Source: an uncultured Candidatus Saccharibacteria bacterium (GTDB lineage: Bacteria > Patescibacteriota > Saccharimonadia > Saccharimonadales > Saccharimonadaceae). Taken from it: a DNA stretch of 64,000 bases. The notes beneath the pieces were generated by a model. That model saw only the letters and a list, made by a program, of their open reading frames with translations, made no database searches and was not told the DNA's origin. Made by a program: the position numbers and the translations under genes. Of this stretch, positions 10,071 through 17,502 are shown in pieces (positions within the stretch are counted from its first letter, which is position 1; every line of letters starts with the position of its first letter). Location of the stretch: the NCBI GenBank assembly GCA_964480675.1, contig CAYZPD010000002.1, forward strand, positions 172,538 through 236,537. The letters run 5' to 3'.

Positions 10071-10964
10071 CTATTTTAAGCGTTCGATCAGGTATTCGCG
10101 TAAAGCATCACCCATATCATCGTGACGCAGACCAAAGTCGATCACTGTTTTGACATATTCCAGTTTATTACCCGTATCATAGTAACGGCCGTCTTTTACT
10201 TCCATAGCCAGGTGTTCATGACCATCATCAATCATTTGCTGCATAATAGGCTGCACATTAAACTCACCCTCACCTGTATAGGCCTCCTTGGCACGATCGA
10301 TGTAAGCGAACAACGACCCTTCGAGCAAATAGCTGCTGACTGATGCTAAATTAGACGGCGCGTTTTCTTTGCCTGGTTTTTCAACAATATGCGACATCTT
10401 CAGTAAACCATCGCCCTGCTCATCACCGGCCACAATACCGTAGCGATCGTATTCATCATCTTCGACGACCCGCTTACAAGTCAGGACAGGCTTTTGCTTT
10501 TCGTTATACAGATCTACCATCTGGCGAAAACGGCTGGGAGAGGCAACGAAAAAGTCGTCTGCAAAAGTATAGATAAATGGCTCATCTTCACCTATCAAAT
10601 GTGCCGCGCAGGCAAGTGGTGTCGCATTGCCGTATGGACCCTTTTGGCGGACATATATAAAATTCGCAAGATTCGCTACTTCATACAAACTATCAATATA
10701 TGGCTGTTTTTTCGATCCACCAGTGCGCAGGTTAGCTAGCAAATCCTCACTTGGCTCATCAAAATGATCCTCGATAGCACGCTTATTACTGCTTCCCACG
10801 ATGATAATGTCTTTGATACCGGCATCAACCAACTCCTCGACAACATACTGAATAATCGGCTTGTCAATCAGTGGTAGCATTTCCTTCGGCATAGCCTTTG
10901 TCTGCGGTAAAAAGCGCGTGCCAAACCCGGCCGCAGCAATAATAGCTTTCGTAGGCTGCTTCAT
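10071..10964 (-). CDS. galU: UTP--glucose-1-phosphate uridylyltransferase
   Basis: AAGFGTRFLPQTKAMPKEMLPLIDKPIIQYVVEE is the GalU signature. Length is 297 aa. Confidence 0.9.
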   Translation of the reverse strand: MKQPTKAIIAAAGFGTRFLPQTKAMPKEMLPLIDKPIIQYVVEELVDAGIKDIIIVGSSNKRAIEDHFDEPSEDLLANLRTGGSKKQPYIDSLYEVANLANFIYVRQKGPYGNATPLACAAHLIGEDEPFIYTFADDFFVASPSRFRQMVDLYNEKQKPVLTCKRVVEDDEYDRYGIVAGDEQGDGLLKMSHIVEKPGKENAPSNLASVSSYLLEGSLFAYIDRAKEAYTGEGEFNVQPIMQQMIDDGHEHLAMEVKDGRYYDTGNKLEYVKTVIDFGLRHDDMGDALREYLIERLK

Positions 10965-10966
10965 GC

Positions 10967-12406
10967 TTATAGTTTCTCACGAATGAGCTTTTGCGCCAAG
11001 GCAGGATTCGCCTTACCCTGTGATTTCTTCATGATTTGCCCCACTAAGAAGCCGATGGCTTTGTCATTACCTGTCTTGATGTCTTCTACAGCTTTGCTAC
11101 TTGCAGGATCGGCGAGTACTTCATCAACGATCGCAGAAATTGCACCCTCGTCACTCACTTGCAGAAGGTTTTTCGCTTCTGCGATTTCGCGAGGCGTTTT
11201 ATCACTCGTCAGTAGCTCGTTAAAAACTTCTTTGGCTGCCGTGCTCGACAACTCATTCTTCTCTACCATTTCAGCAAGTTCTATAAACCCTTCCGGCACA
11301 AATGTACTCGCAATCTCAGCAGTCTCATCATCCGTTGCGACAGCGCTAGCAAACCAGTGTGCAACCCGCTTTGCCTTGTCCTCACCAGCTTTGTCCTGAA
11401 TGTCAGCAATCAGCACCGCGTAACTCTGGTGAGCAAGTATAGAATCAATCACTGATTTATCGAGTGTCAGTCCAGACCATTTTTCGCGGTAATACGGAGG
11501 AAGAGCAGGAACCTCAGCTTGAATACTTTCAATCTCTTCATCAGTCAGTTTGACCGGCGGAATATCCGGATCTGGCATATAACGATAGTCCTGAGCGTCT
11601 TCTTTGCTGCGCTGACTCGTGGTTTTGCCCGAGGCATCGTCCCATCCGCGCGTTTCTTGAACAACCCGTTCACCCCGCTCCAGTAGTTCGACTTGTCGCT
11701 TAAATTCATATTCAGCAGCACGCTCAACACTACGGAATGAGTTCAAGTTCTTTACCTCGGCTCGCTTGCCAAGCTCCGAGGCGCCCTCCGGAGCAACGGA
11801 AATATTCACGTCAAAACGCATGTTACCATGGTATAAATCACCGTAGGTAACGCCGGCATAGGTCATCAGTTTGTGCAGCTCGGCTGCATAAGCCTTTGCT
11901 TCCTGTGGTGAATGCATGTCAGGCTCAGATACAATTTCAATAAGCGGCGTACCAGCACGGTTCAGGTCAACGAGACTATAGTCACCATAATGGCTCAGCT
12001 TGCCGGCATCGGACTCAATATGCGCATGATGAATGCGAACTTTCACAGAGCCGCCGTCTTTATTGTCGTCCAGCAAAGGTGCATCCACCCAGCCCGCGAG
12101 GATTGTTGGATGATACATTTGTGTAATTTGGTAGCCATTTGGCAAATCAGGATAAAAATAGTGCTTACGGTCGAAGCGGCTGACATTAGCGATTTTGGCG
12201 TTAAGGGCTTTACCGGCTTTTATCGCCAAAGTAACTGCTTGGCGATTCAGAATCGGCAGCATACCAGGCAAACCATAATCAATAGGATGGACGACGCTGT
12301 TCGGCTCTTTATCACGCGCGTCGTTATCGGCAGGGCTAAACAACTTTGTTGTCGTTGCGAGCTGCACGTGACACTCAATACCGATTGTCATTCGATAGTT
12401 GGTCAT
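10967..12406 (-). CDS. gatB: Asp-tRNA(Asn)/Glu-tRNA(Gln) amidotransferase subunit B
   Basis: 479 aa. IGIECHVQL, RFDVNISV and the C-terminal YqeY-like tail (GFLVGQIMK) are present. Confidence 0.95.
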   Translation of the reverse strand: MTNYRMTIGIECHVQLATTTKLFSPADNDARDKEPNSVVHPIDYGLPGMLPILNRQAVTLAIKAGKALNAKIANVSRFDRKHYFYPDLPNGYQITQMYHPTILAGWVDAPLLDDNKDGGSVKVRIHHAHIESDAGKLSHYGDYSLVDLNRAGTPLIEIVSEPDMHSPQEAKAYAAELHKLMTYAGVTYGDLYHGNMRFDVNISVAPEGASELGKRAEVKNLNSFRSVERAAEYEFKRQVELLERGERVVQETRGWDDASGKTTSQRSKEDAQDYRYMPDPDIPPVKLTDEEIESIQAEVPALPPYYREKWSGLTLDKSVIDSILAHQSYAVLIADIQDKAGEDKAKRVAHWFASAVATDDETAEIASTFVPEGFIELAEMVEKNELSSTAAKEVFNELLTSDKTPREIAEAKNLLQVSDEGAISAIVDEVLADPASSKAVEDIKTGNDKAIGFLVGQIMKKSQGKANPALAQKLIREKL

Positions 12407-12825
12407 TATATTGCTCCCAGATCTTTCAGTGTTCTTTTAAAGCCAGCCAGTGCACGACGAGCTTGATTGTAACCCACACGTACACCAGTTTCATGTGCAA
12501 TACGGTTGCGTAGTTTATGAGCAGCCCATAATTCTTCGCGGTGACTCAACTTACCACGCGTTGCCTGAATACGTTCTTTCATGGTATTGCCTGCATATCC
12601 CAGCTCTCGCAGTGCTTGATCAACTAACTTATCAGCATTGAGAATAGCCATATGAAGTGATGGCTCACTGTCACGGCTAAGCGATTGCTCAATTTCGAGC
12701 CAGCGAACACGATACCTCTCGACATCAAGAGCCCGACCTCCACGCTTGCCAAATGTCACTAGAGCGAATAGCAAAGCACCAAGTACGATAACAACCGCAA
12801 AAAGGATAATGATACCAGCATCCAT
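12406..12825 (-). CDS. membrane-anchored protein with HEPN-type Rx4H motif (139 aa), embedded in the gatCAB operon
   Basis: N-terminal TM IIILFAVVIVLGALLFALV and a C-terminal AAHKLRNRIAHE (R-N-x-x-x-H). Start and stop each form a TAATG overlap, with the gatA stop (12825) and the gatB start (12406). Confidence 0.7.
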   Translation of the reverse strand: MDAGIIILFAVVIVLGALLFALVTFGKRGGRALDVERYRVRWLEIEQSLSRDSEPSLHMAILNADKLVDQALRELGYAGNTMKERIQATRGKLSHREELWAAHKLRNRIAHETGVRVGYNQARRALAGFKRTLKDLGAI

Positions 12826-14192
12826 TACGCGTTATCCTCCAGACTTTTCGCGAGTGCAAGTAGCGCCGCGTCACTCTGTCGCTGTCCGATGAGCTGTACG
12901 CCAACTGGTAAACCCTCGTCTGTCTTGCCAGCAGGCACACTGAGGGCTGGTAATCCAGCCAGACTAGCACCAACCGTCATAATATCCGCGAGGTACATCT
13001 TGATAGGATCTTCGGCATTTTCACCTAGTTTAAAGGCTGGCGTCGGGCTCACAGGGCCGACAAGCACGTCATAAGCCTGAAAGAGTTCGTTAAATTCGTT
13101 GATGAGCAGCGTGCGTGCCTTTTGCGCCTGTAGGTAGTACGCATCAAAGTAGCCGCTTGAAAGTACGTAACTACCGATCATGATACGCCGCTTGTTTTCT
13201 GTCTCAAATCCTACGTCACGCGACTTACCGAAAAGCTCAGCCAAACTATTGCTTTTAGCACGATTACCATAGCGTACCCCATCATAACGCGCCAGATTAC
13301 TCGTAATTTCTGCAGGAACAATGATGTAATACATTGCCAATGTATACTTCAGCATTGGCAGACTAACTTCTTCGACACTATGTCCGGCTGCTTTCATACG
13401 CTCAACATAGTCCAAAACGCGCGCTTTTACCGCCGGGTCAACGTCATCAGTCATAAATTCTTTAATAAGACCAATTTTCTGCGCAGGCTTCGTCTCGCGG
13501 GTTTCGAAAAAGTCTGGCAAGGTTGTCATATCATTTGCATCACGTCCGGCCATGATATCCATGACCAGCTCTGCATCGGCAGCGTTCGTCGCAAAACATC
13601 CGATAGTATCCGTGCTGCTCGCCATTGCAACGACACCATAGCGACTCACTGTACCGTACGTCGGCTTTACGCCGACAACACCGTTAAAGCTCGCCGGCTG
13701 ACGGATAGAACCACCTGTGTCTGTACCAAGTGCGAATGGTACGATACCAAGTGCTGTCGCAACAGCAGAACCACCCGATGAACCACCAGCAACCCGTGTT
13801 TTATCAGCTGAATTCAACGTTGGACCATATGCGGAATTTTCGGTGCTACCGCCATGGGCAAACGCGTCTAGATTTGCTTTGCCAATACAGATTGCGCCTT
13901 CTGCTTCAAGCCGTTCAATAGCTGTTGCCTGAAGTGGTGCATGAAAATTCTCGAGAAAATGACTCGCTGCAGTAGTAGTGGAACCAAATGTCAGAAAGTT
14001 GTCTTTTGCAACAAACGGTACTCCACTTAAACGGCCGGTTATTTCACCGCTGTCTACTTTTGCCGCTCGCTCAAGAGCCCGCTCTTCTGTGAGCGACAAT
14101 AGCGCATGGTATTCATCTGCAACTTTAGCCGCATCAATAGCTTGTTTCACGTTCTCGACGGCAGACAACCCAGTATAGTCAGCAATTTTCAT
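12825..14192 (-). CDS. gatA: Glu-tRNA(Gln) amidotransferase subunit A
   Basis: 455 aa with the amidase signature GGSSGGSAVA and the GTDTGGSIRQPAS motif. Confidence 0.95.
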   Translation of the reverse strand: MKIADYTGLSAVENVKQAIDAAKVADEYHALLSLTEERALERAAKVDSGEITGRLSGVPFVAKDNFLTFGSTTTAASHFLENFHAPLQATAIERLEAEGAICIGKANLDAFAHGGSTENSAYGPTLNSADKTRVAGGSSGGSAVATALGIVPFALGTDTGGSIRQPASFNGVVGVKPTYGTVSRYGVVAMASSTDTIGCFATNAADAELVMDIMAGRDANDMTTLPDFFETRETKPAQKIGLIKEFMTDDVDPAVKARVLDYVERMKAAGHSVEEVSLPMLKYTLAMYYIIVPAEITSNLARYDGVRYGNRAKSNSLAELFGKSRDVGFETENKRRIMIGSYVLSSGYFDAYYLQAQKARTLLINEFNELFQAYDVLVGPVSPTPAFKLGENAEDPIKMYLADIMTVGASLAGLPALSVPAGKTDEGLPVGVQLIGQRQSDAALLALAKSLEDNA

Positions 14193-14195
14193 GGT

Positions 14196-14489
14196 CTACA
14201 GTACCTTCGGAACTTTTATTTGATTATCCGCCTGGTCGGGAGCCAAAGATAGCAATGACTCACGATCCGCTACATGAGGTTGTACCGTATCTTCACGCCA
14301 GACATTCTCCAGATCAGTCACTTGATAGGTCGGCTCAACGCCACTTGTGTCGAGCTCGCCGAGTTGCTGGACATACCCTAGGATATTTCCGAGATCAGTC
14401 TCAAGAGCCGCTATCTCGCCATCAGAGAGCTGCAAATTCGAAAGCTCAGCCAAGTGGAGCACATCGTCACGAGAGATTGCGGTGGTCAT
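14196..14489 (-). CDS. gatC: Glu-tRNA(Gln) amidotransferase subunit C
   Basis: 97 aa. It sits immediately upstream of gatA and has the typical GatC pattern (LAELSNLQLSDGE ... LDT.GVEPT). Confidence 0.85.
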   Translation of the reverse strand: MTTAISRDDVLHLAELSNLQLSDGEIAALETDLGNILGYVQQLGELDTSGVEPTYQVTDLENVWREDTVQPHVADRESLLSLAPDQADNQIKVPKVL

Positions 14490-14516
14490 GTCAGTAATTA
14501 TACTCGATGTATCAGT

Positions 14517-15626
14517 CTATTCCCAGCGGAAGACACGGAAAGCAATAAAGTAAATAACGACAAGCCAAATACCAATCAACCCAAGCTGTGGAGCAATCTC
14601 CCATAGGTGCTTGCCCTCGGTTGCAATGAGGCGAATACCCTCAATGATCGGAGTCAGTGGCAAGAAGCTTGAAACAGTTTGCAGCCACTCTGGCATCAGG
14701 AATCGTGGGAAGAACGTGCCAGAAAGGAACATCATTGGAAAGACAATGATGTTTGATAGCGGCGCAGCCTGACGCTCGTTCTTTGCCCAACCACCAAGCG
14801 CGAGACCAATACCAAGTATTGTCACGACGCCAAGCGCGAGAAAGGCGATTAACTCGAGCCAGTTACCAACAATATGCAGGTGGAAGACGAGTATCGCAAC
14901 CAGGAACTGCGCGGCAAAGGCAAATGTACCGATGAACAGCTGACTAATTGTCGTCGATAGGAAATACTGCCAGACTTTCAGTGGTGTTGTTGAAAGTCGC
15001 CTCAGGATTCCCATTTTCTTTAACTCAGGGAATACGTTGATCGGGCCAAAGATACCCATACCAATGATCGAGAAACCAAGTAATCCGGCGAATGTGTAAT
15101 CAAATGGAGAAAGGCTCTTCTGTGAGAGTTGTTCGCTCTTCACCGTGAATGGCTCTGGTGCATCGACCAGGTTTTTATTGATTGCCTTAAATTGATTTTG
15201 CAAAACAGCACTCAGCGCAGATCCTGACTGTGCATTGTTTTGTGTATACAACACCTCAGCCTGCCCAGATGGGAACTTTTCACCCGGTTGCACGGAACCA
15301 AAATCTTTTGGCAAGATGATCGTCGCGTCAAGCTGTGACTTATTCATTAAGTCTTTCGCTTGATCAAGATTCTTGGCATCATTATTTATCTTGAAGACGC
15401 CGCTATCTTTTGCCTTCTGTGTAAAATCTTTAGCAAAGCTACTGTCACTTTGATTCAGAAATGCAACACGAAACGAAACGTTACCGCTGCCTGAGTTGAA
15501 GCTGCCGAAAACAAACAGGAAAATAAGCGGGAAGATGATCGTGAAGAATATTGCTAATTGGTCACGAAAAACACGCTTCGTATTAATTCGTACGAATGTC
15601 TTTACAGTATAAAGTGATTTATTCAT
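14517..15626 (-). CDS. ABC-2 type transporter permease
   Basis: 369 aa. One N-terminal TM, a large extracytoplasmic loop and then a cluster of five TMs. It overlaps the upstream ATPase gene by 8 nt. Confidence 0.8.
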   Translation of the reverse strand: MNKSLYTVKTFVRINTKRVFRDQLAIFFTIIFPLIFLFVFGSFNSGSGNVSFRVAFLNQSDSSFAKDFTQKAKDSGVFKINNDAKNLDQAKDLMNKSQLDATIILPKDFGSVQPGEKFPSGQAEVLYTQNNAQSGSALSAVLQNQFKAINKNLVDAPEPFTVKSEQLSQKSLSPFDYTFAGLLGFSIIGMGIFGPINVFPELKKMGILRRLSTTPLKVWQYFLSTTISQLFIGTFAFAAQFLVAILVFHLHIVGNWLELIAFLALGVVTILGIGLALGGWAKNERQAAPLSNIIVFPMMFLSGTFFPRFLMPEWLQTVSSFLPLTPIIEGIRLIATEGKHLWEIAPQLGLIGIWLVVIYFIAFRVFRWE

Positions 15627-16377
15627 CGCGCAGCCCCTTTCCTGTCAGGTCAATAAACACATCTTCCAGGTTCGCTTGCTCAACAACCTGCTTTTTCTTG
15701 AAACCTCGGCCAAGGAGCGCCTTTATGAGGTTTTTTGGTGTATCTTCAGCGACAATCTTGCCGTTATCCATAACGGCAATTCGATCACACAGGATTTCGG
15801 CTTCGTCCATATAGTGCGTCGTTAGAACGACGCTGATACCTTTGTCGCGCACCTTTTCGATAAGATCCCATAGGTGGCGCCTGGCCTGCGGATCGAGACC
15901 TGTTGTCGGCTCGTCGAGGAAGAATACCTTTGGTCCGTGCACCAGCGCAGTCGTAATGCTGAGGCGCTGCTTCTGACCACCCGAAAGATCTTCTACAAAG
16001 CTTTTTGCCTTGTCTTCCAGATCGACATCACGCAAAAACTCCATTGGGTCAACCTTTTCGCCATAGGCAGCAGCGAACATCTCGATCACTTCTGTCAGAC
16101 GCGTCTTATCCTGAAATGCAGGACTTTGCGGCTGAACACCAATAAGATATTTGATCCGCTGAGGATCTTTCGCAACATCAATACCATCAATATGAACACT
16201 ACCACCGTCGATCTCGCGGAGTGTCTCCATCATTTCAAGTGTTGTTGTCTTGCCGGCACCGTTCGGCCCTAGAATACCGAAGATTTCGCCTTTTTTGACC
16301 GAAAAACTAATACCGTCTACGGCCTGTTTGTCCCCATAGCGCTTCTTTAAGTCGCGCACTTCAATCATATTACTCAT
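15619..16377 (-). CDS. ABC transporter ATP-binding protein
   Basis: Walker A GPNGAGKTT, signature LSGGQKQR and Walker B VFFLDEPTTGLD. Confidence 0.92.
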   Translation of the reverse strand: MSNMIEVRDLKKRYGDKQAVDGISFSVKKGEIFGILGPNGAGKTTTLEMMETLREIDGGSVHIDGIDVAKDPQRIKYLIGVQPQSPAFQDKTRLTEVIEMFAAAYGEKVDPMEFLRDVDLEDKAKSFVEDLSGGQKQRLSITTALVHGPKVFFLDEPTTGLDPQARRHLWDLIEKVRDKGISVVLTTHYMDEAEILCDRIAVMDNGKIVAEDTPKNLIKALLGRGFKKKQVVEQANLEDVFIDLTGKGLRDE

Positions 16378-16445
16378 AACGACTATTGTATCTTATATAG
16401 TCCATAGTTCGCTATACTTTTTACCACAAAGACTTGGTGTGAGCA

Positions 16446-17414
16446 CTAAATTCCAAGATTTTCTTTATCAACCCGCTCTGGTTGCGTCTCAAGACTTGTT
16501 ATACCAAGCTTAACGAATGGCGTATCTGTAAATAAAATAGCTGCCGTGCGTGGAGATACATAATCCAATGTTTCGTCAAAAATCCTGTCAACACCATGAT
16601 AGAGTGGCAAGATTGGTGTATGTGTACCATACACGGCACGAAAGCCTTCACCAAAGAACATCTGGGACTGATCTTTACCGTATAGCGGATGAATCCGCTC
16701 ATAGTCATGGATATCTGCACCCTGAGGTCTTATCCAAAAACCCGGCGCACTCGAATATGCCTGAATAGTCATACCGCCCTTATCATAGTGAGGCTTAGCA
16801 ACTTGAGCGCCGTTCTCGACGATACGCTCACCTTTCTCATTGTGTATATAGTAGCCATCGTAACGTAATAATCGCAAGGTAGTCGACGCCATTCTCGAAG
16901 GGAAGAATAGTTCGCTCATACCAACGTAGGAACGATCCAGAATAGTGATGAGTCGACGAGCCGCCTTAGTCAAGTCACTATGAAGTTGAAAACCATGATC
17001 CATAAAATCACGAAAATCAGCTGACATACTTGAGGGTTGCTCGAGGGACCAGCGAGCCCAGAGCGCATTGTTGAAATGAAAGAGGTTCTTAGGGTCTTCG
17101 ATTTGCATACCGGCATTGTTAAAATCGATATCCTTACTCAGATGTCCATCCTCAGGTACACCATGTTTATCAAAATTGCCTGCAGTCCAGTCTAATAAAT
17201 CGCCGTGCTCTTCTATACACACGGCGTACTTGTCACTTAATTGTTGGAACTCATCAGTATCAATCCCTATATTGACCCTTGCAATACCTATATCACGAAG
17301 CTCGCGCTCGATCTTGCTCTTTGGTTCAGACTCAAACGACGGCGCCCCAGCTTGAAACTTCTGCTGCGCCTGTTCTCTGCTCAGTGTAGCGAAACGAATT
17401 AACTCCCCTGCCAT
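16446..17414 (-). CDS. 2OG-Fe(II) oxygenase superfamily-like protein (tentative)
   Basis: 322 aa. Candidate facial triad H-x-D (KPHYDKG) plus a distal His (LYHGVD), followed by RTAAILF, with IPNS/2OG-oxygenase-like spacing. SD GGGAGGTGA lies upstream. Confidence 0.5.
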   Translation of the reverse strand: MAGELIRFATLSREQAQQKFQAGAPSFESEPKSKIERELRDIGIARVNIGIDTDEFQQLSDKYAVCIEEHGDLLDWTAGNFDKHGVPEDGHLSKDIDFNNAGMQIEDPKNLFHFNNALWARWSLEQPSSMSADFRDFMDHGFQLHSDLTKAARRLITILDRSYVGMSELFFPSRMASTTLRLLRYDGYYIHNEKGERIVENGAQVAKPHYDKGGMTIQAYSSAPGFWIRPQGADIHDYERIHPLYGKDQSQMFFGEGFRAVYGTHTPILPLYHGVDRIFDETLDYVSPRTAAILFTDTPFVKLGITSLETQPERVDKENLGI

Positions 17415-17502
17415 TTCACCTCCCGCACCTCACTAATTGTATGCTTTGATACTACCAACAATTTGCTTGCCAAGCAATAATGTTTATAAAAATTAGCAAT
17501 TA

